64,000 nucleotides of DNA from Macrostomum lignano (taxonomy: Eukaryota). The stretch lies in assembly GCA_002269645.1 (NCBI GenBank), contig NIVC01003130.1, positions 54,060 to 118,059 on the forward strand, read 5' to 3'. The position numbers and the translations under genes are program-made. The notes below the pieces were generated by a model. It saw nothing but the letters and a program-made list of their open reading frames with translations. It had not been told where the DNA came from and made no database searches. Below are positions 13,143 to 25,401 of the stretch, piece by piece. The first letter of the stretch is position 1. Each line of letters begins with the position of its first letter.

Positions 13143-14817
13143 TGTCTCAGGTGTCAGCACTCGGTCTCAGGTGTCAGCACTCGGTCTCAGGTGTCAGCAC
13201 TCGGTCTCAGGTGTCAGCACTCGGTCTCAGGTGTCAGCACTCGGTCTCAGGTGTCAGCACTCGGTCTCAGGTGTCAGCACTCGGTCTCAGGTGTCAGCAC
13301 TCGGTCTCAGGTGTCAGCACTCGGTCTCAGGTGTCAGCACTCGGTCTCAGGTGTCAGCACTCGGTCTCAGGTGTCAGCACTCGGTCTCAGGTGTCAGCAC
13401 TCGGTCTCAGGTGTCAGCACTCGGTCTCAGGTGTCAGCACTCGGTCTCAGGTGTCAGCACTCGGTCTCAGGTGTCAGCACTCGGTCTCAGGTGTCAGCAC
13501 TCGGTCTCAGGTGTCAGCACTCGGTCTCAGGTGTCAGCACTCGGTCTCAGGTGTCAGCACTCGGTCTCAGGTGTCAGCACTCGGTCTCAGGTGTCAGCAC
13601 TCGGTCTCAGGTGTCAGCACTCGGTCTCAGGTGTCAGCACTCGGTCTCAGGTGTCAGCACTCGGTCTCAGGTGTCAGCACTCGGTCTCAGGTGTCAGCAC
13701 TCGGTCTCAGGTGTCAGCACTCGGTCTCAGGTGTCAGCACTCGGTCTCAGGTGTCAGCACTCGGTCTCAGGTGTCAGCACTCGGTCTCAGGTGTCAGCAC
13801 TCGGTCTCAGGTGTCAGCACTCGGTCTCAGGTGTCAGCACTCGGTCTCAGGTGTCAGCACTCGGTCTCAGGTGTCAGCACTCGGTCTCAGGTGTCAGCAC
13901 TCGGTCTCAGGTGTCAGCACTCGGTCTCAGGTGTCAGCACTCGGTCTCAGGTGTCAGCACTCGGTCTCAGGTGTCAGCACTCGGTCTCAGGTGTCAGCAC
14001 TCGGTCTCAAGTGTCAGCACTCGGTCTCAGGTGTCAGCACTCGGTCTCAGGTGTCAGCACTCGGTCTCAGGTGTCAGCACTCGGTCTCAGGTGTCAGCAC
14101 TCGGTCTCAGGTGTCAGCACTCGGTCTCAGGTGTCAGCACTCGGTCTCAGGTGTCAGCACTCGGTCTCAGGTGTCAGCACTCGGTCTCAGGTGTCAGCAC
14201 TCGGTCTCAGGTGTCAGCACTCGGTCTCAGGTGTCAGCACTCGGTCTCAGGTGTCAGCACTCGGTCTCAGGTGTCAGCACTCGGTCTCAGGTGTCAGCAC
14301 TCGGTCTCAGGTGTCAGCACTCGGTCTCAGGTGTCAGCACTCGGTCTCAGGTGTCAGCACTCGGTCTCAGGTGTCAGCACTCGGTCTCAGGTGTCAGCAC
14401 TCGGTCTCAGGTGTCAGCACTCGGTCTCAGGTGTCAGCACTCGGTCTCAGGTGTCAGCACTCGGTCTCAGGTGTCAGCACTCGGTCTCAGGTGTCAGCAC
14501 TCGGTCTCAGGTGTCAGCACTCGGTCTCAGGTGTCAGCACTCGGTCTCAGGTGTCAGCACTCGGTCTCAGGTGTCAGCACTCGGTCTCAGGTGTCAGCAC
14601 TCGGTCTCAGGTGTCAGCACTCGGTCTCAGGTGTCAGCACTCGGTCTCAGGTGTCAGCACTCGGTCTCAGGTGTCAGCACTCGGTCTCAGGTGTCAGCAC
14701 TCGGTCTCAGGTGTCAGCACTCGGTCTCAGGTGTCAGCACTCGGTCTCAGGTGTCAGCACTCGGTCTCAGGTGTCAGCACTCGTCTCAGGTGTCAGCACT
14801 CGGTCTCAGGTGTCAGC
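13143..14817. repeat. Near-perfect 20-bp tandem array (gtctcaggtgtcagcactcg), about 84 copies
   Basis: Only one substitution (14010) and one 1-nt deletion (~14783) seen; source of ORFs 13151/13171/13191. Confidence 0.98.
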
Positions 14818-15913
14818 AAACAAAGGCTGTCAGCGAGGCGAGGACGGCGCGGCCGCAGAGGACGCAGGTGGTTGCGGAGGCGTTGCAGGCAGCGCAGAGC
14901 ACAAAATGAGCGCACGGCAGGGAGACGCGGCTCCGCGCTCGCTGGCGGCAGCGAAGGCACCGGTCGTCCTGCGGTTCGGCGCCCAGGTGCAGCGGCTGCT
15001 GCGGGGGCGGGGGCGGAGCGGCGGCGGTCGCGGGCGACTCGGCGGGCGCCTTGGAGGCGGCAGCGCGGGTTGGCAGCCGCCGCCGCGGAGGCCGCAGAGA
15101 CCGCGCAGCAGCGACTCGACAGGCAGGTCGAAGACGCGGGCCGCGGTGCCGCCCAGCCGGGCCTCCAGCTCGTGAGCGGCCAGGATGAGGTCGCCCGGCC
15201 TCGCCAGGTCGCCGCCGCCGCCGCTGTCTCCGCCGAGGTGCCGCCGCGCCACCGCCAGCACCAGCGCCGGCCTGGCGATGCCGAAGGCCTCCGCCCGCGC
15301 CACCGGCGCCGCCTCCACACGGACCAGCAGCCGCTCTGCCGCTCGGCCCAGCTCCGATGCGTCCCTGGCAACCAGCTCGGCGTCCCTGGCAACCAGCCGC
15401 TCGCCGCTCCGACGACAGCGCAGGAGGCGCAGCAGGCGAGCTAGCTGGCAGTCGGGGCTGGCGGCTGCGTGGGCGGCTAGCGGGGAGTCACGTGACCCGG
15501 GGTCGGCGCTCGGCAGCCGGCAGTCGCAGAGAAAGCAGCGCAGGTCGCCCGAGGCGGCGTCGAGGAAGAGGCCCGCCGCTGCCGCCGCCTCCGACGCCCC
15601 CGACTGGCAGCGCAGCGAGTGGGGCGCGAACTCGGGACGTTTCGATGCGGCTACAGCATGCAGAAGGCCGCCTGTGTTAGTAAAATTACAAGCGCCGAAA
15701 TAATATTTTTATTTCTAACCGTTAGCCGTGATTAAATAATGACAGACATCTGGACTGACCTGAGAAAAATGCAGCTTCTGTAAGGTTCCGTGACTGCTCA
15801 CAATCGCTATTACTGAGCAGTTGTTCAATTAATGACAGATCAGATGGAGAAAGAAGGCAGCCTGCTACTGAGATGCTGGCAGTCTGTAGAGTTAGCTGTG
15901 TGTGCGCAGACAT
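14813..15913 (-). CDS. IAP-like protein: BIR + UBA + C-terminal RING (exons 15913-15760 and 15671-14813; frameshift or unrecognised intron near 15120-15050)
   Basis: Manual translation. BIR-like AAAGLFLDAASGDLRCFLCDC...DSPLAAHAAASPDC (C-x2-C...H-x6-C, ~15630-15445). UBA-like PVARAEAFGIARPALVLAVARR...PGDLILAAHELE. In another frame, an IAP-type RING CLRC...SLPCAHFVLCAAC...CVLC...LTAFVC*. The 88-nt GTCAGT...actaacacAG intron is phase-compatible. Confidence 0.75.
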
Positions 15914-18900
15914 GATCTGTGTGGTAAATCAGAACTACAGAAGCTCGGATTCTAAAAATGTAATTAATGCAGCCATGCACAAGTAGGCTTTAAGTATCTT
16001 TTATCTTTTTAAGTACCAATGTAGAACTTGTATAGAAGTTAATGTGAAAACTAAGAAAGTTTAAAGAGTAAATTCCGTCAGTTAAATTTAGTAACTAACT
16101 GCTGCCAATTAAGAATCTTATTTGCTCTGGATACAAAAGTTCAGTTGTGGAAGTTCACCTCGGTATGCTGTCACGCACTAAAATGTTGCCTCCGTTGATT
16201 GAAGAAGGTTTTGTTTGTTTTAATAAAGTTAATAAAAGTATTAAGAAATAACCATAAAATGCTTTCAATACGTAGCGTATAATGCTTTTATCACAGGACA
16301 TTCAAGCTGAAATCATACAGAACAAACTACAGAACTATAGAACAATTAATTCTTAAAGTCAAACTTGCAATTTATAGCCACAGAATTTTGTCAAAGACTG
16401 GACAGCCAAAAAATTCAAGATACAGCTAAACCTTCAGCTGGATGGAATCAGCAACATTTCGCCAATCAGACTCGTAGCACTGACTGATCATGAAAAAAAG
16501 CAAAAGTAAATCCCTATTTAGGATTTTGATCAGGATACTCAATAACTTTTTTAGATAGATGTTCACTTTCGCAAGGCTGTGACAGTACAGCTCAGTGTTT
16601 ATGTGACGAAGTTCTAGCTCGTAATTTAGATTCTATTTTTAGCTCACTTCAATAGCAAGTGCTTCCTGCAGTGCTGCATAAGACGCATAACGTACGCTTG
16701 TGCATTTTAATGGCTCTGTTCTTACCTTACATCTTGTAGCGATTTGTTAATCAGCAGCGGCTAGTGCGGAACCTCGAAACATCTCCATCAGTCTTGCGCT
16801 TCGGTTGGGTCAGTTCACGGGTTTCAGAATTATTTGAACTGTATAGACTATTTATCTTGGTGCTAGATTAAGGTGAATTTCGTTTTCGCTAAAAATATAC
16901 TTATGTACATTGTATTGTATTTATTTATAGTTGTTAAGTGCAAGTTACTCAACACATATTAAAACGTACTTGCCTTGCCGTGCAACCTAGTTCTAACAAT
17001 AGAAAAATTTTTGGCTTTCGGTTTTCGCTTTGAATAAAAAATTCACGGTTGAGAATTAATACACCGTTCGTTAAAAATAGAAATCTAAATTTATTTTTAG
17101 AAAAAAATATTTTACAAAATCGCAAAAATAGACGCGAGAATAATGCTCAAGTGTCTAAAAAGGAAAAGCAATCATGAGTTGAAGGCTAGCGCCAGAAGTC
17201 TGTCTCAACTTTCAAGGCTATTTATGTATTTAATGTTGGGCAGGGATTCAAGTGATGTACATCTAGTACCAAGTAATTTTAGATGACGCACGAGAGAGAA
17301 GGGTCTTTGGGAATCGACCAGAATTGCGAGTTTGGAAATCATCGCATTATTCGGTTTTGTAAACATTTTGAATCAGCTGCATGAAGGAAAATTTATTAAA
17401 AATACGCGCACGTAAAATATATTATATTATAATATAAAAGAAGACTACTAATGCTAAAATATTAAGCATTATTCATTGACCATTTTTGCAGAAACAAGCT
17501 TCTTGGCGCATCATAAATAAATTGGATTCGTCTCAGGAACGTTCCAATGATCTAAAAATAATACGTATTGGAGACATCAAACTTTCTATTGGATGCGTAA
17601 TTTTGTTATACAGGGCCGATACCCTCTACTTGTCACTCGTAAGAACGAGTGGCCCTTAGGTAAGAAGGGATTTGAGGAGTTGTTTGACGCTATGCTTGCG
17701 CTTTATTGTTTTTTCAGTGAAGATATCCGAATAATTACTGAAGCAGCCGTACGGTGACTTATCTATCCATATATTGTCAGGGAACAATAATTGATTTATG
17801 AACTGTGGCAGAATTGACGGAGGGGTTGATACGAGTGTACGGTATGGTAGTTATGAAGACTAACGAGTCGAAGCATTTTCCACAAGGCGCCTGTTTAGCA
17901 AAGTAGAGCAAGCCAGGTAGTACGCAGTCAAATAGGCTGCTTGGGTCACTCTTCAAGTTAGCCAGGCTTTACACTCTGTGCCATAAGACCCATCTGACCT
18001 CCCTGAGATCCCAGCTCTCAAAGAAGAGAATTAGCTCCAAGTTGGCGAGAAAAGGAGGCACTTGGACGAACACTCCAGATTAACGTGATCCATAATTTGT
18101 TTAATTGCTCCAGGGCTTCAGGTCAGGGCTTCCATGGATCCAGATGAAATGCGTTAAATACTAATGGGTACTACTGCAAGTAGCATGTCTGATTTCTGCT
18201 GATTTTGAGGCTATCGGAAGGTAAAATTGTAATTTGCTGGCTCTAGCGTAATCCATTCAAAGCAGCCTAACGCTAGGCTTTTTGAAGTATCTAAAACAAC
18301 AACAGAATAGTTTGTCAGTTAGTTTTTTAAATCAGCAGCCTCGTGGTCTAAACGTCGAGTGAGTGCCTGTCTCCACTGGTAAGATACCTGCGACGTACGT
18401 CAGCAGCAGCACCTCTCCTGAACTGAATGTGAGTAGTACTAATCGGTCAGGATGATGTGGCAGAAATGAAAATACTATTAACAAAATGCATCCAATGATT
18501 GCCTAAAAGTAGCTCGTACATTTAGCGCTCGAAAACGTTACATTATTTTACGCCGCATATCAATATCCATAAGTTGACCAAGGATTGACCACAAAATAGA
18601 AGCTACCATAGAATTAATGAAACTTAATTATGATTCTTTTCAAGCTAACACAAAAAGAGATACCTTCATCGAAGAATTCAACATTCAATGCATCTTCGAA
18701 GCAATATTCAATTTATCATTCGATTAATCATTCGATGCCACCTTCGAACTAACATTCGATTTATCATTCGATGCAACATTCGATGCAACATTCGATGCAA
18801 CATTTGAATTCGGTTTCAATGTATTTAGCTTGAAATTATATCACGGGCACTGATTTTTGAGTCAAAATTTTCAACCCTGTTGTCGAAAAAGAAACTACGA

Positions 18901-19285
18901 GTAAAGAGGGAAGTCAGCTTAGGCACTAGAATGGGAGCCGAAAGGTAAAGCTCTGGACTAAACCGGCTGGCTGCAACTGAAAACTTTGCCTGACCAGTTG
19001 ACTCTAAGTTTAGAAAAATTCTTAGTGCAGATCACTATGGAATTGATTGATTGACAATTAATAGCGAAATTCTGAGCGATCCTCGCGATTCTGCATGCAA
19101 TCATGAGAGAATATTTGGATTCCGTTCTGATCCCATTTCATGAAATCCCTAGTTTGTCTAAAGAATCCCCTACGAGCTCAGTAAAAGGACTCAGATTGAC
19201 TTGGTCCAGAAATTTACTTTGGGCTCCGATTTCGGCACATAAACTTGACGGCCCCTTAAGGCCAGCAAACTTTTTCCTGGCGTTT

Positions 19286-20450
19286 CTAATTGCGCACATA
19301 GTAGACTCCAGCGATGTCCTTCAGGCTGGCAGGTAGGTAAGCGACCTTCAGCAGGTGGCACAGCAGCTGCTGTCGAGCGAACAGCACAGCGTGACTTAGC
19401 TGCAGGGCTGTCCCGGAGGGGACACAGCGGGAAGGCGCGGGCGCCCATTCCGCTAGCACAGCGTGACAGACAGCGCTGGTCTGGCACAGCGTGGCGCACT
19501 CAATGTCGGACCTAGCAGCGACGGTCCTAAAGGCTTGCGTCTGCAGAACAGTTGAGTTCGCTTTGGGCCTCTCCGCGAGATAGAGCTCTTCTTCAACTGG
19601 AAAAGGTTTCAAATGATAATTTTGTAGCATAACTTCAAGGCCATGGTATAGCGCGCGCTCTAATGTACCAGCAGCCCAGGCTCGATTCCAAGTGCAGTCA
19701 CCTTAATTTGGGGCTGGAATCTCGGCTTGGCTCTGCTCGTGCAATTAACGTCCTTGAGGGCCAAACCCCTAGGCACAGTGAAGTGTACATGCCTAACGAA
19801 AAACAAAGTTAAGCCTGCTGTACACTCCTGTGTGAGTGTGTGCCTGTGCGTATAACTGGGTACGCTTGTGTGCTATCTCAGGGGAGTCGGCGGGAATGGG
19901 CAGTAATGCCTCTCGCTGGATGTGTCAATGGCGCTTAAAGAGGCTGGTATTTGCATCCAGTATACAAGAAATGAACCAAGCATTGCTTTACTCTATAGGA
20001 ATCGCATCTCCAAAAGTAAAAGTAATTTTATTAATAGTTGGTTGATAGTTTTCAAAATTGTCTAATTCAATCAAGTAACTCACTGTTGAACTCGAAGAAC
20101 TGATTGAAGATCGAAAACCGGTCGTGTCTACCACACATTTGATCCGGATTTCCTGAGCAAGATTGGTCGCACTCATGCTCATTAGCAATTTTAAAAAGTG
20201 CGTGAGAGTTCCAGCAGTAGCACTCTGAACCGGCGTGCAGAATAAAGACGGAAACCTTGTCGTTTGCGCAGAATCTGCTGCAGATTTCATGCGACATTTT
20301 GTCATCAGTCAGGCTCGCGAGTTCATCCAGGTCTGGAGTATTCGATGAGTCTTTGAAGCAGCCAACATAAGAGAGCCTGACGGTTCCTTCAGCCAAAAAG
20401 GCTAAGATCGGATAGCATAGGATGGTGTAGAATATCAAAGCAAGATTCAT
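19286..20450 (-). CDS. Secreted WSC-domain + PAN/Apple-like protein (copy A; exons 20450-20084, 19596-19286)
   Basis: Signal-peptide-like MNLALIFYTILCYPILAFLAEG; WSC YVGCFKD...CSRFC...ECYC...CDQSCSGNPDQMCG; phase-1 GTGAGT donor and ttttccAG acceptor; PAN-like ARSDIECATLC...C...LLCHLLK...YVRN*. Confidence 0.75.
19639..19941 (+). mobile_element. Second copy of the tRNA-derived SINE (degraded ends), in the intron of WSC-PAN copy A
   Basis: Collinear with 12288-12655: cccaggctcgattccaagtgcag...cagtgaagtgtacatgcctaacga...ctcaggggagtcggcg...gggcagtaatgcctctcgc. Confidence 0.8.
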
Positions 20451-21989
20451 TCTGCTAAATTTTTTGAGACTTGGAATCGGATTTGCAGTTTGTGAAGTTT
20501 TCCTGCAGAAGTTGTCTTTAAATAGCCATGAGCTTCGAGAAGACAACCCTATTGGGCAGCAGTTGGCTGAGCAATCTGAGAGTTTTTGCTAACGGGTTAT
20601 ATATACTCGATTTTACTACTTCAAGTAAACGGTATGAGCATAAGTACAACGCCTAAATATTGAAGCAAGATAATTTACAAATCTTATCTCGATTGTTTTA
20701 AAACTTCACGTACGAGTAGATAGGAATTCACATCAACAGTATCGAAAAAATTCCATTATCGTTGCGAGAATGCCACAGCAGCAAGGACTTCATCCGTTGT
20801 TCGGACTTCCCGCTAGAAAGTCGGGCATGAAGTAGTGCAAGAAATCGCACCAGTTTTTTTGCATTTTCGGATCTCGATGGTGTTTTGATGCAAATCCTTG
20901 CTCACCAGTTGCAGAGGCCGACTTACAGACTTGGCGTCGAACCTGCTTACTTCGATGGTTTTCCCTCAAATGTGAATTGGAGCCGTACTCATCTACAAAA
21001 TCAGGTGCTTTATAGGCATGCCTTAAAATTAACAAAGAATTGGGCGGCTCCGCCGGGCGACGATGACGTTAAGTAAAGAAAATTAAAGTTTTTTGAGTCA
21101 ATTAACCAATTAAGCATGCGAATATTCGACGAACTAGAGCGTCACTTTGAAAAGCAAGTTAAACAGATCACAGATATATCGTTGGGTCTTGTAGCTGCAA
21201 CGCAAATTCGAGTACAACGGGTTAATAGCGATAGCATTTGATCTAGCTAGACTAGCTGAATGTGGCTTTGAGTGTCCCAGATGAAATCGGCGTTGAAAAT
21301 ATACATAAGCTTTTGGAGCTTTTACGCGACTGATGATGAGCCGAAACTTTTTGCGGGCTAGATTGGGAGGAACGTTAAATTGACGCTATTGAATGTTAAT
21401 CTGGCACTATAGACCGCGAAACTGATACAAAATGGACTGGGAAACGCCATATAGCAGATGAACTCGATCGAAGTAAAGTAGTTTGTGCTGAGATTTTTAG
21501 AGAGGAAGCAAGCAGTCATGCTCATGCAGATGAACCCAGGGCACGCACACCCATGAGGATACTCACAGCGACATCCTGAGTCTTACGGGTTGGCCATCAT
21601 TCGCTTGCATAGCATTCAGATAAGTCATGGTGAAAGATCATATCAAACTCGCAGACCAAACTATAAAAACTTATACAGGCCAAAATCTTAATGAAATCAT
21701 TTGCAATTGCTTGCTACATGCAAGCAGAGTTTTAGAAAAGCCTTCTAGGAAAAGAATAATAACTGACAAAACTCATTTTCCGGTTCCAAGCTCCCGCTTT
21801 GCGTGTCAACTCGGAACTCGTGCAGTTTCTGGCCAAAGTAAATTTGCAGGAAGCGTCGCTCAGACAACACTGAAAAAGTTTTTTTTTCACCAAACGTTCT
21901 AATCTAAATTGTCTGCGAGTTTTCTTATTTGCAATTCCGAATCGGTTCGGAAAAAAAGAACAGTTAAACAAGGAAAAACTATGATTGCT

Positions 21990-22290
21990 GAATGACAGTT
22001 ATGTCTAAGGCAGTTATGTCTAAGACAGTTATGTCTAAGACAGTTATTTCTAGGACAGTTATGTCTAAGCCAGTTATGTCTAAGACAGTTATGTCTAAGA
22101 CAGTTATGTCTAAGACAGTTATGGCTCAGACAGTTATGGCTCAGACAGTTATGTCTAAGACAGTTATGTCTAAGGCAGTTATGTCTAAGACAGTTATGTC
22201 TAAGACAGTTATGGCTCAGACAGTTATGTCTAAGATAGTTATGGCTCAGACAGTTATGTCTAAGACAGTTATGGCTAAGACAGTTATGCC
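21990..22290. repeat. 15-bp minisatellite (cagttatgtctaaga)
   Basis: About 20 units; source of the VMSKT / CLRHN ORFs. Confidence 0.95.
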
Positions 22291-23509
22291 CAGCGCTGTC
22301 AGATGCTGCTGAGCCATTGCCTCCGGAGTCCCGGCCATACAACCATAGGCAACCATAGTCCCGTTGGCACTGTTCCTGCCCCAACCGATGGAGTTGAAGC
22401 TCCATGGCCAAAGGCGAACTGCGACGCAAAGTGACTGTTTCGTGTCTGACTGACAGGTGCTGGGTCTCAGCCCCAGACCGCGAGGTCTGGTCGCAAGGGT
22501 GCGTGGGCAAGAATTCTCTAGTTTGCGTTTCTCTCTGTAACGCTCGTATCTATCTAATTGTGGTAAAATGTGACAATATCTTTGGATCACTCCTAAAAGT
22601 AGTGCTTAAATTATTGCGTCTACTTATCTCTTTAAACACGACAAGCAACTTTTATTGACTTTGGAAGCCATGCAGAAAGCTTAGATGAGTCAATGGATTC
22701 GCGCTTTCAATGTGAGTCGAATTCGTCCATGAACAGCTGCAGCCTTTACCAGGCCTTGTTATTATTTGGAGTTCTACACTAATTTATTGAATCGATTCCT
22801 ATTTTTGACATTTTTCTGTCAGTTGAAATTGAATGAAATTTACCGAAATTGGTTCTCGGTTTGTGGAAATCGAATGAAGTTTGGACGTGCGGCATAGCTA
22901 ACGCCGAAAATGAAAGCCAGTTTGTCGATATTCAATGCAGTTTTATCCAAATAGAACGCAAGATCGAAGGTGTAGTAAGTTTGATAGTTGAAAGCATCTT
23001 GCATACAGAATAAAAGTTACGCTCGAAAAATGTTGAGGGTAAGGTTGATGTTTCTGGGAATTTTTACACCTGTGGAGAAATTTTACTTGATAACGATTAC
23101 GGAGGTAACATTTCACCCTTCTTCAAGAGCTACATGCATTCGAATAGCTAATTGGGACTTCAAGTCAGATAAATGAGAAAAATATAATTGGAGGGTCCTA
23201 AACTCTTTAAGTTGAATAGCTTCTTGACAAAGTTCATGCATTATGAGAATGAGAAAAATGCGATACTGCAGCAAGAAAAATGTCATTTAATTAGCTCATA
23301 TCTGAAGAGTTGCAGGATAGTTTTAGACAGCTGGTACAACTTATTTTTTATGAAATCGCTAACTGCAATCTCCCCCCTCCTGATGCAGGTGCACCTTATG
23401 GACACACCTCATAGCCATGTGGACACAAAGTTAAGATGAAACCAGTCCATCTGCAGTTTAAGGCATAAGATGATAATGGAAAGACAAGGAAGAACTTGGA
23501 GCCATCCAA

Positions 23510-23685
23510 GAGCATTTTCATTAGAACGACATGTTTCGCCTAACTTTAGGCATCATCGGGCAGATTGGAATTTACTTAATTTAAGTCAAAACGTAGAGTA
23601 TAAATACATTTCAGTGGCAGATAGTCAGTGATGCACAAAATTGTAATAACAAAACACGGGGAAGTCAACAGATCAAAACCGAGAC

Positions 23686-23756
<71 letters not shown>

Positions 23757-24186
23757 CCGGGTAGTGGGTGTACGTTAGAACACTCTCAGGAGAGCACCGG
23801 CCCCGGAATAACCCAATTGTTTATTTAAAGTTGGTTGCCAGTTTTTAATGTACATAGCTTCAATAATCTTAAGGCGATGATCGATATTGCAACTGTGTAT
23901 GATAGTAAACCTATCCTTTTGTTCACTGTTGGCGCATTCACTACAGGCCATAAGATGGTCTTGCACTGCTGATGGCTTTAACCAGTGTTCTCTGCCCCTA
24001 ACATACAAGTGCCGTTTCGATTTACCTAGGTAGGTAACTCTCTGATCAACAGAGCACTGGAATTGGTAGACGACACCTGCACTGAAATGTATTTATACTC
24101 TACGTTTTGACTTAAATTAAATAAATTCCAATCTGCCCGATGATGCCTAAAGTTAGGCGAAACATGTCGTTCTAATGAAAATGCTC
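23510..24186 (-). mobile_element. Penelope-like element: 5'-truncated GIY-YIG endonuclease fragment, 3' pLTR and inverted pLTR copy
   Basis: Minus-strand GVVYQFQC...TYLGKSKRHLYVRGREH...LKIIEAMYIKNWQPTLNKQ. 107-bp inverted repeats at 23510-23616 and 24080-24186 give the typical PLE inverted-end structure. Confidence 0.85.
24137..24168 (+). ncRNA. Minimal hammerhead-ribozyme-like motif in the PLE pLTR (mirror copy on - strand ~23528-23559)
   Basis: CCGATGA-t-gcctaa-ag-ttaggc-GAAAC-ATGTC: core-like boxes, stem II and palindromic ACATGT stem III as in PLE hammerheads. It has a U4-to-C deviation and a weak stem I. Confidence 0.5.
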
Positions 24187-24645
24187 GCAATCTCCTTTCT
24201 TTTACTTCTCATTATCAAGCGTGCTGTTCTACCAGAATCCAAGAGCACTCTCTTGGAGCCACTTGTCGAAAGCCTCTAAATCCAACGTCCGCTCCCCGAG
24301 CGGACCGTGTGTTTGATGGAACTCCAGAAGGTAGTAGGTCATCTCTGGACATCTGGACACATTGGACATCTCTGCTTATGTAAGCCCACAACCTCGTTTT
24401 CTAATATTTTCTGGCAGTTAATGATTTGAAATACTTTTCTAAACGAGTTCCTATATCCGCCTCTATCTTCCCTCCTCTCTTTTTTCGAATTGTTTATTTT
24501 CTGTCTTGAAGTTTGTCTCGGTAAAAAAAATTCTATGTGGGGGGGTTTGGATTTGAAAATCCCAACACGCGGTCTGCTCCCGCACTCTCCAACAGCGGGA
24601 AATCTCTATGGTAAAATGCCTACAAACTGTAAAATTTATAATTAC

Positions 24646-25044
24646 CATTGTCGGCTGATTTTCCATGCAAGAATGGCATTCTTGCACTCTTTTGCGTGCA
24701 GGAATGGATGTCTATGGTAAAATTTCACTGAAAAAGCATTAGGCGCAGAAATGCATTCCTGCACGGTTTTGTGCATTCCTGCACGATGAATCATCCGACA
24801 ATGGAATTCCTGCACGGTCACGAGTGCGGGAAGCTGCGCGCACTCGTGCAGATGTCATTCCCGCACTCGTGACCGTGCAGGAATTCCATTGTCGGATGAT
24901 TCATCGTGCAGGAATGCACAAAACCGTGCAGGAATGCATTTCTGCGCCTAATGCTTTTTCAGTGAAATTTTACCATAGACATCCATTCCTGCACGCAAAA
25001 GAGTGCAAGAATGCCATTCTTGCATGGAAAATCAGCCGACAATG
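24646..25044. mobile_element. Foldback/MITE-like palindrome: 187-bp inverted arms, 25-nt spacer
   Basis: 24646-24832 is the reverse complement of 24858-25044, with no mismatches noticed. Confidence 0.85.
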
Positions 25045-25401
25045 TGGTCACAACCGTAATATAATATACACTCGTATTCCAGTTTAATCTAATCTAATCT
25101 GCACGCAAAAGAAGGGTAACAATAAAAAATTGTTATAGTTTGTATTTGACTGAGCGTAAGTGGTTCGTTCTTTCCTTAAATTGGCTTGACCTACAATTGA
25201 ATCTAAACCTACAATAGGCGGAAACCAGTATATTTTACTCTGAGGGTATGGCGTAGATCCATCCATTCGTTTCATACTCTGCAAAGACCTTAAACTAATC
25301 TTGCAAATTTGTAGTCAATACATTTTAACAATCGTTTCCAGATTATTTAGAGCTTGAGAAATGAGTTCAGTTTCGTTCATTTTTCAACAATTGTTCCGAG
25401 T

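Noticed and set aside
15050-15101. 52-nt GT-AG intron as a fix for the IAP frameshift
   Set aside because: Its phase does not restore the RING frame.
13151-15444. Three long plus-strand ORFs (572-757 aa)
   Set aside because: Products of a stop-free 20-bp repeat plus the antisense of the GC-rich IAP exon.
19383-19467. Introner-like GT...AG reading of the 72-nt insertion
   Set aside because: The only GT-AG pair seen gives a 73-nt intron that would break the frame.
21329-21348. ctgatga...gaaac hammerhead-like boxes
   Set aside because: Stem II cannot form and there is no PLE context.
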